Positions 39,314-48,340 of a DNA stretch of 64,000 nucleotides are shown here, one piece after another. Under the pieces are notes generated by a model that had not been told where the DNA came from, searched no databases, and saw nothing but the letters and a program-made list of their open reading frames with translations. Source of the stretch: Ostreococcus lucimarinus (lineage: Eukaryota); the NCBI GenBank assembly GCA_000092065.1, contig CP000581.1, one strand, 5' to 3'. A program made the translations under genes and the position numbers. Position 1 is the first letter of the stretch. Each line of letters begins with the position of its first letter.

Positions 39314-40747
39314 TCACGCGCGCGCGAGCTTCGAGGCGACGGTGAGATGGAGATCGCGTAAACGCTCGGACCAGTTGGCGAAGCCGCGAGCGCGAGCGAT
39401 GGCGTCGATGGCGCGCGGATCCTCGCGCGCGATGTGGACGACTTGCGCGCGTTGGTCGATTTTGGCGTCGACGCGGCGGTCGAGGATGAGGGAAACCATG
39501 AGGGACTCGACGTCGGGCTCGGGAATGTTGAGCTCGGTGGAGATGTAAGGGATCGTGATTCTGGTGTACGGCTCGATGAGTCTCAAGAGGACTTGGGTGC
39601 GGATGTTCTTCAGGAGATCCTCGACGTAATCGCGAATGAAGTCGTCGCCCATGACTTGCTCGCGATGCGTCTTGAGGAGTTGCTCGAATGCCGCGATATC
39701 GTTTCGTTGATACGCGCCAACGAGCGATCGCATGACGGTGACTTCTTTATCCTCGCGAAACGGTTTCACCTCTTGCGCGTCGAACGGGTCGACTTCGCTC
39801 TCCATGAGCATGTTCGCCAGGACCAGATATTTCAAGCACTGCACGCGTCGATCGCTACCGGCTTCGTCGTAGGATTTGAACGCTTCGAAGAAATCCGTCG
39901 CCGCGTTTTCCCAGTCGCGCTCTACCATGTACATCTTCCCACCGCACTCTCGAATAATGCCTAAGATTCGCGGATGCGGAATCGCCGACGTCACTTCTAA
40001 CGCCTTTTCGTACAAATCCTTGAGCTTCTTCGTGTTCTTTTGCGCCGTGTACATTTGTATCTCGATCGAGTACACCTCCAAAAGCTGCGTCCCTTTGCGC
40101 TGATCCACCGTGCCATCCTCATTTTGGCAACTCTTGTGCAGTTCCTTCAAAATCACCTGCATGCGCGCGAAATCTTTCGCGTCGAAGACCAGTTTACACA
40201 GCTTGAGATTCGTCTTGAACCACAGACGCTCGTTCTTCGTCTCTTCTAATTTTCTAAGCGTCGTCTCGTAAAACTCTTGCAAAAATCCCATATCCTCGTT
40301 CGACGCAATCGTATCTAATATCGAATTCAACACCTTTTCGCTGTAATTCCTCGTCACCGCGTCGTTGACGTACGTCAACAGCTCCTTGTACCGCTCCAGC
40401 ATCGCCCCCGCGTCGTTCATTTTATACAGCAGCTTGACCATTTGTTTCAACGCCTTGAACCCCCACTCGCCTTTCTCGTGCTCCATCGCGATCACTTCCT
40501 CGAAACCTTTCATCGCCGCTTCGTTCGCACCGCTCTCGAGCGAGCCTACGGACGTCATCTCGCGTCAGTCGGGTCGTTTCGTCGCGCCGTTGACGCGTTC
40601 GCATTCGCAAGGGGACGCGCGTTCGTCCGTCGAGTCGTCGCGCGGCGCACCTTTGGCGTTGTAGTAAGCGTTCTCGATGTCGACCTCATCTTCGTTGAAC
40701 TCGTCCTCGTCCGAGTACGTGAATCCGTAGTCGTCGTCGTCCGACAT
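39314..40747 (-). CDS. CSN2: COP9 signalosome subunit 2 (CSN2), two exons: join(39314..40545, 40651..40747)
   Basis: Exon 1 (the 60-aa track ORF, MSDDDDYGFTYSDEDEFNEDEVDIENAYYNAK) matches the CSN2 N-terminus. Exon 2 matches CSN2 over about 410 aa (EHEKGEWGFKALKQMVK..., LWFKTNLKLCKL..., GTQLLEVYSIEIQMYTAQKN..., IRTQVLLRLIEPYTRI...). The donor is AAAG|GTGCGC and the acceptor is ccgtag|GC. The intron is phase 1; splicing gives NAK-G-SLESGANEAAMKGF, collinear with human NSKALKEDDPKAALSSF. Confidence 0.85.
40546..40650 (-). other. spliceosomal intron of CSN2 (105 nt)
   Basis: Donor GTGCGC and acceptor tag. Branch-like ccgactgacg lies 19 nt upstream of the acceptor. Confidence 0.8.
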
Positions 40748-40820
40748 GTTCGCGGCGAGGCGGCGACTGGGGTCGAGAGGTGGTTGCGTCGGTTGGGTCG
40801 CGCTCCGGCGGCGCTCCGTA

Positions 40821-41846
40821 CTATTGAACTTCTAAGACGCGTTGGCCTATGCGCATTAACAGCGCGCGACTCTTGAGCTTGGTGTACTCGTGAAGCTTGG
40901 CGTAGGCGTAGAGCGAACCGGCGAAGAGGGGAAGCCGCGCGCCCTTTAAGCCGTTGGCGGCGAAGACGAAGGCAAAGCTCGGGCCGACGAATTCGGCGAC
41001 GCGGCGAATTCCCTGAACTTGAATTTTGTTGTACATACTCACGATGAAGGCGAGCAAGCCGACCATGAGGTACCCACCGGTGAAAAAGTCGAGGTATTCG
41101 TGTATCGCGATGATGCGCGGGGCGTGGAACCAACTGTCGGCGCGACGCAAGTCGCGCCAAGGAGGGATCCAACGCACAAGACGATAGAAGAAGACTTCGA
41201 CGTAACACGTCGACGCGTGCAGCGTCACGCCTCGATGGGTCTGCACGCGCTTCATGGTGAGTTCTGCTAGGATGCGATCGATGCTCGGACGCGATCGCAA
41301 CATGTTTCGCGCTTGAAGAAACTGGCGTACGCGCGTCATAATGAGAAACGCCCCGTGGCTCGCCGCGCGACACAGCGCGGCGACGAAGAGCGTTAAGAGA
41401 AACACACCCACGACTGCGAACACCAACGCGGGCTCTTCTCGCTCTAAATAACGCGCCGCTCTCGTGCGCTCGAGATTGTACTGATATCCGCATTGATCGC
41501 AGCCGTAAAAGCTCCGAGGATTTCGACTGAGGTTTCTCCACTCGTTCAGGCACTCCACGTGCACCAACGCCATCGAACCTCGACACCGGCACGGCGAAAA
41601 CAACCGTCCGCCATCCTCACCCGAAAAACATATCCTACACAACCGTTCGTCGTCATCGTCGTCGTCGTCGTCGTCGTTCGTCGTCGCTCGGATTTCTCGA
41701 GCCGCTCGCGACGCGCGCGCGACGTTCTCGTCCTCGCGTTCCCTCGCCCTTCGCTCCTCCACCTCGCGTCGCTGCGCCTCCCATCGCGCGCGATGTTCCA
41801 ACGCTCTTCGTCGCAGCGCTTCCTGCTGCACGGTCGACATCGACAT
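40821..41846 (-). CDS. MARCH-type RING-CH (RINGv) membrane E3 ubiquitin ligase
   Basis: The RING-CH C4HC3 finger is LCRICFSGEDGGRLFSPCRCRGSMALVHVECLNEWRNLS...YGCDQCGYQY, followed by TM segments (LVFAVVGVFLLTLFVAALC; MVGLLAFIVSMY). A poly-Asp tract is encoded by a GAC repeat. The track ORF begins with GTG at 41855; the first ATG is the 4th codon (41844-41846, MSMSTVQQ...). Confidence 0.65.
   Translation of the reverse strand: MSMSTVQQEALRRRALEHRARWEAQRREVEERRAREREDENVARASRAAREIRATTNDDDDDDDDDERLCRICFSGEDGGRLFSPCRCRGSMALVHVECLNEWRNLSRNPRSFYGCDQCGYQYNLERTRAARYLEREEPALVFAVVGVFLLTLFVAALCRAASHGAFLIMTRVRQFLQARNMLRSRPSIDRILAELTMKRVQTHRGVTLHASTCYVEVFFYRLVRWIPPWRDLRRADSWFHAPRIIAIHEYLDFFTGGYLMVGLLAFIVSMYNKIQVQGIRRVAEFVGPSFAFVFAANGLKGARLPLFAGSLYAYAKLHEYTKLKSRALLMRIGQRVLEVQ
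41647..41686. repeat. trinucleotide (GAC/GTC)n microsatellite encoding the poly-Asp tract of the MARCH-type ligase
   Basis: The sequence tcgtcgtcatcgtcgtcgtcgtcgtcgtcgttcgtcgtcgc is seen directly on the plus strand; it is antisense to the gene. Confidence 0.6.
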
Positions 41847-41851
41847 CGCGT

Positions 41852-42193
41852 TCACGTCCCGCGCACGTCAAACCTCAAGTCTTCAAGCTTCAACCCAGCC
41901 TCGGCGAGGGATTGCTTCACCGCCATCTGATCGCTCACCGTCTTGATCCTTCGCGCGATATCGTCCACGGTCATGCGATGGACGTTAAACTGATCGCGCG
42001 CGCCGCTCGCGAACTCCACCGCGACGACCGGCGGCGCGGCGTCGTTGCGCACGCGCGGCTCGACGGCGCACTCGGGGTTGGATTTCGCCGCCTTCGCCGT
42101 GGTGACGCGGGCGAGGAACTCGCGCGCAGCCGTGCTGCGAGGATCGAGCGGGTTGAATTGCACGCGCACGCGCTTCAGGTGGCGCAAGGGCAT
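41852..42193 (-). CDS. MRPL53: mitochondrial ribosomal protein L53 (MRP-L44 family)
   Basis: The 113-aa protein reads MPLRHLKRVRVQFNPLDPRSTAAREFLARVTTAKAAKSNPECAVEPRVRNDAAPPVVAVEF.... It aligns with human MRPL53: [59 protein letters not shown]. The ORF 5' end was trimmed from 42325 to the ATG at 42191-42193. Confidence 0.55.
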   Translation of the reverse strand: MPLRHLKRVRVQFNPLDPRSTAAREFLARVTTAKAAKSNPECAVEPRVRNDAAPPVVAVEFASGARDQFNVHRMTVDDIARRIKTVSDQMAVKQSLAEAGLKLEDLRFDVRGT

Positions 42194-42383
42194 GGAACGG
42201 GCGAACGCGCGGGTGACGACGCGCGCCCTCGAGTGCGGCGACGACGAACGGGACGACGGAGGTCGACGAGACGAGGGCGCTCGGATGGGGAATGAAGGAA
42301 TATTATACTGAATATTGAACCGCACACTGTGTGTCTATCTAGTTAACGCTATTGACTGCGTCCTACGCGAGCGCCGGTCGAAA

Positions 42384-43415
42384 TCAGAGGTTGAAGTCGG
42401 GAATGTCGTCGAGCGAAAAGTCTCGCGGCAGCGAGCTCGCGGGGTGGTCCGCGTCTCGAGGCATCAGGTCTTCCATGTGCTTCTCGAAATCGAGCTGCAA
42501 ATCCGCGACGGCTATGTTCATGGACGGCGTTTCCATCATCAACTTGGTGATTTCTTCGTGAAGATCGGGATTGGCGGTGTACGGCGTTCCGCCGAAGAGC
42601 GCGGCGTCCGCGACGCCGACGGCGCCGACCCCCGTCAAACCCGCATTTACTCCGGGCGTCAACACGGGTAATTCGCTCTTTTTCGCCCCCGACGCGTTCG
42701 ACGCGCGCGCCGGCGTCGCCGCCTCCACCGCGGGTGTCTTCGTTTGCGCGGTTTGTTTCCTCTTCGGCGACGCCTTCGCCTTCGCCTTCGCCTTCGCCTT
42801 CGGTTCGCCTCCTCCTCCCGCCTCCCCGTTCTTCTGCATCCACTCGTGCTGCTTCTCCAGCAGCGCGTTGAAGCGAATGATCTGATCCTTCACCTCCACC
42901 ATGACGCCGTACGCCTGAAAAAATTCCGGATTACTCTTCTCCAGCTGCCCCCACACCAGTTGCGTGAACACCGGGTCGATGTTCGCCAGCGCCTGCAGGT
43001 GCGCCACCACCTCCCTCTTCGACATGTACAACCGCAGCGAGCGTTCCAGCAAATTTTGCACCATGGCCACGTCGTTGACGTCCAGATTATTCGCCGCGCG
43101 CCACGGGTTCGCGCTCCACCCGTCTCCGCTCGCGTCGCCGCCCTCTCTCGCGCGTTCGCCCGCTCTCGCGCGTTCGCCCTCGTCCGCGCGCGCCGTCGTC
43201 GCTCTCGTCCCGTCGCCGTCGCGCCGCGATCGCTTTCGTCCCGTCGTCGTCGCTCGCGCGTCCGTCGCCGTCGTCGCGCGCGCGCTTCCGTCCGCGCGCG
43301 CCGTCGTCGCCCGCGCGCGCGCCCGCGGTCCCCGCCGCGGCGACGTCGCGCGCGCTCGCGTCGCGCCCTCGCGCTCGCGCGCGTCGCTCGCGCGCGCGGC
43401 GCGCGCGGTGGACAT
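42384..43415 (-). CDS. conserved plant-lineage protein of unknown function (C-terminal domain resembles the plant A_thal_3526 / DUF-type motif); N-terminal extent uncertain
   Basis: A conserved-looking block is LDVNDVAMVQNLLERSLRLYMSKREVVAHLQALANIDPVFTQLVWGQLEKSNPEFFQAYGVMVEVKDQIIRFNALLEKQHEWM, followed by Lys/Ala repeats and the C-terminus ...SLDDIPDFNL. The upstream 225 codons of the track ORF are Ala/Pro/Arg-rich and overlap RPC4 antisense. I trimmed the start to the ATG at 43413-43415 (MSTARAARASD...). The family assignment is from memory and weak. Confidence 0.4.
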   Translation of the reverse strand: MSTARAARASDAREREGATRARATSPRRGPRARARATTARADGSARATTATDARATTTGRKRSRRDGDGTRATTARADEGERARAGERAREGGDASGDGWSANPWRAANNLDVNDVAMVQNLLERSLRLYMSKREVVAHLQALANIDPVFTQLVWGQLEKSNPEFFQAYGVMVEVKDQIIRFNALLEKQHEWMQKNGEAGGGGEPKAKAKAKAKASPKRKQTAQTKTPAVEAATPARASNASGAKKSELPVLTPGVNAGLTGVGAVGVADAALFGGTPYTANPDLHEEITKLMMETPSMNIAVADLQLDFEKHMEDLMPRDADHPASSLPRDFSLDDIPDFNL

Positions 43416-43533
43416 CCCGCGCGGCGTCGCGCGCGCGGGGCGTCGCGCGGCGTCGCGCGCGCGCTGTGACGCGCGCGCGACGTCGCGCGTCCCGGCGACG
43501 GCGCCGACGCGCGACCGCACGGCGCGGCGCGCG

Positions 43534-44703
43534 ATGTCGAGCGAGCGCGCGCGCGACGGACGCGGCGCGAGCGCGCGGTTGGGGAGCATACGCGCGAGCG
43601 CGGCGAGCGAGCGCGCGCGCGCGAGCGCGAGCGCGACGCGAGGGAAATCGGCGAGCGCGGGCGGCGGCGGCGATCGACGCGCGACGACGACGACGCGAGG
43701 CGCGCGCGGGAGCTCGAGGGAGCGGCGAGAGCGAGGCGAGGGCGCGACGCGCGCGAATCGCGCGGGCGCGGGCGAACGGACGAGCGCGGGCGAACGGACG
43801 GGCGAGGGCGAGGGCGAGGGCGAGGGCGAGGGCGAGGGCGCGGCGAGCGGGACGCCGCGACGCGCGGGACGCGCGGCGAGAGGCGCGAAAGAGACGACGA
43901 GCGCGAGCGGGGGGAAGCGCGGGAAAGCCGCGATCGGTGGTGCGTCGACGCGGAAAGCCGCGAGCGCGGTGGCGGTGAAGGAAGAAGTCGGCGACGCGGC
44001 GACGGCGGACGACGACGGCGAGGAGGACGGGTTGCCGGGGAAGGCGCCGGCGACGCCGTCGACGCCCGCGCGAGCGGCGGATGCGATCATGACGGACGCG
44101 CCGGTAGGCGTGCAGACGACGCCCGCGCGTCAGGCGCGGATGAGCAAGGCGAAGCAAGCGCAACTGGCGTTGGAGGAGGCTTCGAGGCGGATACAACCCG
44201 AACGCGCGACGACGGAGGAGATGTACGACGCCGAGGAAGATTGGACGGATAAGTCGCAGTATTACCCCACGGTGCTCACACGAAGTTCGCGCGAGGTCGA
44301 TGTCGGTGCCGTAGGCGATACGGTTCGCGAATCGACCGAGGACAAGTACGTGGTGCTTCAACTGCCGTCGGATTTACCGCTTCGCAAGCGCATCGCGAGC
44401 GAGGAGATGGACGTGGACGGCGTCGTCACGCTCAGAGACGATGATCCAGACGACGAAGATTCGGGTATGGTGCGTGGCGTGTCCGAACTCTCCAATGGAC
44501 AGCTCGGGGAATTGAAGATTCACGCCGACGGTTCGGCGAAGCTGTACATTGGAAACGCGGTGTTCGACGTCATGCGAGGAACGCCGTACCAACACTCGGA
44601 GCAGCTCGCTCGATTAGATGGGGATAGGCAACAGTGCGTCATCATGGGACCGACGATCGCGCGCATGACGTGCGTGCCGGACGTGACGCAGCTTTTGCTT
44701 TGA
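43534..44703 (+). CDS. RPC4: DNA-directed RNA polymerase III subunit RPC4 (Rpc53 family)
   Basis: The C-terminal RPC4 domain is ...YVVLQLPSDLP...GELKIHADGSAKLYIGNAVFDVMRGTPYQHSEQLARLD...CVIMGP. It matches the Rpc53/RPC4 C-terminal pattern (h.vrkSGKvkL.lGn..fdV..G...sFlQ.L). The N-terminal half is basic and low-complexity, as in RPC4, and includes the (GE)n tract. The ORF 5' end was trimmed from 42964 to the ATG at 43534 (MSSERARDGRG...); that start is uncertain. Confidence 0.55.
   Translation: MSSERARDGRGASARLGSIRASAASERARASASATRGKSASAGGGGDRRATTTTRGARGSSRERRERGEGATRANRAGAGERTSAGERTGEGEGEGEGEGEGAASGTPRRAGRAARGAKETTSASGGKRGKAAIGGASTRKAASAVAVKEEVGDAATADDDGEEDGLPGKAPATPSTPARAADAIMTDAPVGVQTTPARQARMSKAKQAQLALEEASRRIQPERATTEEMYDAEEDWTDKSQYYPTVLTRSSREVDVGAVGDTVRESTEDKYVVLQLPSDLPLRKRIASEEMDVDGVVTLRDDDPDDEDSGMVRGVSELSNGQLGELKIHADGSAKLYIGNAVFDVMRGTPYQHSEQLARLDGDRQQCVIMGPTIARMTCVPDVTQLLL
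43801..43836. repeat. (GGCGAG)6 hexanucleotide microsatellite (encodes GEGEGEGEGEGE in RPC4)
   Basis: The sequence ggcgagggcgagggcgagggcgagggcgagggcgag is seen directly. Confidence 0.7.
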
Positions 44704-44754
44704 GATGGACAAATTTTAGCTTTGCGTGACTGATCGTATTAATAAAAACTTTTA

Positions 44755-45939
44755 CTATCGCGCAACCGCCTTGGGCGCGTAAACCGACGCCCGCGCCGCA
44801 TCGCAGAAGTGTCCGACGTTCTCCTCCGGAGTGCCTTGAACCACACCGTGACCGACGTTCAAGATGTGCTTCCTGCTACCGGCGTCTCTCACGTTGTTCG
44901 CCACCTCTTGTCTAATGCGCTCCGGGCTCGCGAAGAGGTACATGGGATCCATGTTTCCTTGCAACACGCGATCCGGACCGAGCACCGCTCGCGCCTCGCT
45001 CATGCTCGTGTTCCAATCCAATCCAATTACATCCGCCGTAGATTTCTTGAGCTCGTGAAGCTTGCCGCATCCGCCGTTCGCGTGGAAGATGAGCGGAGTG
45101 TCCGGATAACGCTGCTTGACGTACGCGATGACGCGCTCGTTATACGGGTGGGAAAACTCGAGATACTGTTGCGGCGAAAGGTGGTGGGCCCAAGAATCGA
45201 AAATTTGCACCACTTGCGCACCACTGTCGATCTGATGGCACACGTACACACCGAGAGCGTCGGCTAACTTGGACAAAAACGCGTGCAGCGTCTCCGGATC
45301 TTGCGTCATGATTTGCTTCGTCGTCACCAAGTGTCGATCGCTCGAACCTTCCATGGCGTACGCCGCGAGCGTCCACGGCGAACCGATGAAACCAAGCATG
45401 GTGGATTGGCCTTCGATTTCTTTCCGAAGCGTGCTCAAAATCTCACGAACGAACGGCAATTGCGAATCTGGATCGTCCAGCTGCTTCATCGCCTTGACGT
45501 CGTCCATCGTCCTCACCGGCGTCACCACCGGCCCTTTCCCCTTCACGACATCGAACTCGATCCCCAACGCCGGCAACGGAGTCAAAATATCACTAAACAT
45601 GATAACCCCATCCGGCTTAAACGCCCGCCACGGTTGCATCGACAGCTCGATGGCGATCTCCGGCGTCTCGCTTCGGTGCCTGAACCCGTACTTGGTACTG
45701 TACGCGCGAAACTCCGCCATGTACCTCCCCGCCTGACGCATCAGCCACACCGGCGGTCGTTCCACGTCTTCCCCTCGCGCCGCGCGAAGCAAGATCGGAT
45801 CTTGGTTCCCTCCCGCCGCCGCCGTCGTCGTCGTCGTCCTTCGCGTTCGCATCCTTCGTCCTCGCGCGTCGCTCTTTCCGACGACGTCCCTCTTCGCCAG
45901 CGTCATCGCGCGCGTCGCGCCGATCGTCAACCCGTGCAT
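44755..45939 (-). CDS. HEME: uroporphyrinogen decarboxylase (HemE/UROD), plastid-targeted
   Basis: After a transit peptide the ORF matches HemE: ILLRAARGEDVERPPVWLMRQAGRYMAEFR..., then ...MFSDILTPLPALGIEFDVVKGKGPV..., then ...GGCGKLHE.... The start is an ATG. Confidence 0.9.
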   Translation of the reverse strand: MHGLTIGATRAMTLAKRDVVGKSDARGRRMRTRRTTTTTAAAGGNQDPILLRAARGEDVERPPVWLMRQAGRYMAEFRAYSTKYGFRHRSETPEIAIELSMQPWRAFKPDGVIMFSDILTPLPALGIEFDVVKGKGPVVTPVRTMDDVKAMKQLDDPDSQLPFVREILSTLRKEIEGQSTMLGFIGSPWTLAAYAMEGSSDRHLVTTKQIMTQDPETLHAFLSKLADALGVYVCHQIDSGAQVVQIFDSWAHHLSPQQYLEFSHPYNERVIAYVKQRYPDTPLIFHANGGCGKLHELKKSTADVIGLDWNTSMSEARAVLGPDRVLQGNMDPMYLFASPERIRQEVANNVRDAGSRKHILNVGHGVVQGTPEENVGHFCDAARASVYAPKAVAR

Positions 45940-46177
45940 GTTACTCGTCTTTCGCCGCCGTCGGTGTTTCGGTCGCCGTCGTCGTCGCGTCGACGCGTGC
46001 GGCGCGCCGAGAGTCGCGGCGTGTGGATAAGCGTCCCCGTCGCGACCGACAACTCCCGGGTGTTTTCAATGCGCGCGTCCCGCGCCGCGCCCGCGCGCGC
46101 CGCCGCACTCCGCGCCGCGCCCGCGCTCGACGCGAACGAACGCCGAACTTCGGAGCGCACCGCGCGCGCGACGCGTC

Positions 46178-46852
46178 ATGGATCAGTTCGCCGCGCGCAT
46201 CGACGGCGTGCTGCATCACCTCGAGGACCAGGGCGTCGGTGGACGACAAATGCTGAAGATCGCGCGCGCGTCGACGTACGCGCAGATCGTGCTGGCGATG
46301 ATGGGATCGCTCGCGTTCGTCTACGGCACCGTGCACGCGTCGGCGCTCGCGCTGTCGCTGTACGCGGTGGTGGCGATGGAGATCAAGGCGCCGCGGTTGT
46401 TGAAAATCTACGCCGTGCTGCTCGCGGCGCTGACGATTACTGATTTCTTTTGGTTGGCCACGTACGCGGGACCGATCGGGAGCGGCACGACGGGGATGAC
46501 GGTGACGGTCGGACCGAACTCGGCGAACATCGACTCGTCGCTGATGTCGATCAAGTGGGGACTGTTGGCGTCGAGCGTGAATAACTTTTTTTGCCTGGTG
46601 CCGGAGCTGTTCGCGTTCTTCGTGCGCGTGGCGAGCGTGGCGCTGTGGGTGCTCATGTGGAGCAAAGGCTTGCTCGATGGGAACGACGGAAACGTGTATA
46701 ACGATCCGAATCTGTCGCACGGCGATGGGTCGTCGATGAAACACGAGCCGATACCGGGGTCGCCGGCGAGGACCGCGCGCGCGGGCGGCGACTTGTTCAC
46801 GGCGGACGGCGGATATCAAGACAGCGAGGGGTTGCTTTCGCGCGCGGTGTGA
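46178..46852 (+). CDS. hypothetical small multi-pass membrane protein (about 4 TM helices)
   Basis: Composition is normal (not shadow-like). Hydrophobic helices include IVLAMMGSLAFVYGTVHA, ALSLYAVVAMEI, IYAVLLAALTITDFFWLATY and FFCLVPELFAFFVRVASVALWVLMW. The start is an ATG. No family is recognised. Confidence 0.4.
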   Translation: MDQFAARIDGVLHHLEDQGVGGRQMLKIARASTYAQIVLAMMGSLAFVYGTVHASALALSLYAVVAMEIKAPRLLKIYAVLLAALTITDFFWLATYAGPIGSGTTGMTVTVGPNSANIDSSLMSIKWGLLASSVNNFFCLVPELFAFFVRVASVALWVLMWSKGLLDGNDGNVYNDPNLSHGDGSSMKHEPIPGSPARTARAGGDLFTADGGYQDSEGLLSRAV

Positions 46853-46921
46853 CCTTTCGCGCGCGGTGTGAGATACAACACCAACCAAGTGTAATATTCT
46901 AGTGTTGTCGCTATACAACGT

Positions 46922-48340
46922 CTATCGCGCGTCGTCCACGATGCCAAAATCGGCGCGAACGCGAGCGAGTCTAGTCTCGACAAAGCGCGCGAATTCGGGT
47001 TCGGCGGCGACGAGCTTCTCAAAACCACCCTCTTCGGCGCACGCCGCGTCGTGCGCATCACACTCTTCGGTGGTGAGCAGGATGAGATTATCTAAAGATG
47101 CCGCGCGCGACGGGTTCCATCTCGTCAACGAAAGTGCGCTCGTGTTTCGCCAATACGCCTTGAGGCGTTTGTTTTGGTCGTCTCGAGCGCTCAGCGCGCG
47201 CCAAGTCTCGCGTACCAAGTACATCACTTGTTCTAAATCAACCGCCATGTTGGACACCTCCCTCCCACGCTCGCTCTCGCGCTCGCGCAACCGATCGAGC
47301 TGGGTTTCGTACTGCTTTGATTGAAGCACGATGACGGGCTCGCCCTCGAACGGCGCCTCGGCGAGCTCCGTCAACACGTGGCTCGCGAGCGCCATGCCGA
47401 AAATGGCGGGCACGCAGCCGAGCACGGGAATCGTGCGCACGCGGAAATTCGGAATGACTTGATAATCCGATAGCGTTTCTCCATCTTTGAGCTCCATCTC
47501 CGCCACGAGCTCGCATCGTTGCTTTTCGAGCGAAATCAACGCTTTTATTCCACCTTGAATCTTGTACTTTTTGTTCAATCGATACCGAACCGCGCGCGCG
47601 AGAGGGTCGGCGGCGCAGTCGGCGATGTCGGCGAACCGCAGTCTCGTTGGATCGCACTTCGCGCCGGCCCCACCAGAGGTGACGACGCGTAAGCCTCGGC
47701 GCGCGCACGCGGCGAGGAGGTCCACCTTGGTGTCAATGTTGTCGATGCAATCCACCACGAAATCCGGCGCGCGCCCATCGCCCCCCCACGCACCGAGCAG
47801 TTCATCCTCCGCGTCCTCTTCGTACATCGCCACGCGCGCGTCCACGTCGGCTTCTGGATAAATTTTCTCAAAATGCTTCTTCAGGCACGTCGCCTTCGCC
47901 GTGCCCACATCCGCGCGCGTCGCCGTCGCGTGCCTATTCAACGAGCTCAGGCTCACCTGATCGAAATCCACCACCCGCAACTTACCCACCCCAGATCTCA
48001 AAATCATGTGCGCCGCGTGCGACCCGACCCCTCCCAATCCGACGACGACCACGAACGCGTCCCGCACGCGCGTCTGCCCGCGCTCGCCGAAAAACTGCAC
48101 ATTTCTCGTAAACTGCTCTCGCAAAATCTCGTCCCGCAGGTCGTACGCCGTCGTCGTCGTCGTCCCGCCTCCCACCGACGCGCCGCGCGCGGCACCGCCG
48201 TCCTCGTCGTCGCGCGCGCGCGCGTTCGCGCCGTCCGCGCGCGCGCTCGCGCGCCGTCGCGCCTCAACCACCGCGACGCCGACGCCGACGCCGAGCGCGA
48301 ACGTCGCGCACGCGCGCGCGCACGCCTCGACGTCGCGCAT
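46922..48340 (-). CDS. TCD: ThiF/MoeB-family E1-like enzyme, probably tRNA threonylcarbamoyladenosine dehydratase (TcdA/CsdL; yeast TCD1/2-like)
   Basis: The ThiF fold begins VVVGLGGVGSHAAHMILRSGVGKLRVVDFDQVSLSSLNRHATATRADVGTAKATCL... and continues DFVVDCIDNIDTKVDLLAACARRGLRVVTSGGAGAK...AVRYRLNKKYKIQGGIKALISLE. There is no rhodanese or UBA-type C-terminal domain. The N-terminus is presequence-like and the exact start is uncertain. Confidence 0.5.
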   Translation of the reverse strand: MRDVEACARACATFALGVGVGVAVVEARRRASARADGANARARDDEDGGAARGASVGGGTTTTTAYDLRDEILREQFTRNVQFFGERGQTRVRDAFVVVVGLGGVGSHAAHMILRSGVGKLRVVDFDQVSLSSLNRHATATRADVGTAKATCLKKHFEKIYPEADVDARVAMYEEDAEDELLGAWGGDGRAPDFVVDCIDNIDTKVDLLAACARRGLRVVTSGGAGAKCDPTRLRFADIADCAADPLARAVRYRLNKKYKIQGGIKALISLEKQRCELVAEMELKDGETLSDYQVIPNFRVRTIPVLGCVPAIFGMALASHVLTELAEAPFEGEPVIVLQSKQYETQLDRLRERESERGREVSNMAVDLEQVMYLVRETWRALSARDDQNKRLKAYWRNTSALSLTRWNPSRAASLDNLILLTTEECDAHDAACAEEGGFEKLVAAEPEFARFVETRLARVRADFGIVDDAR

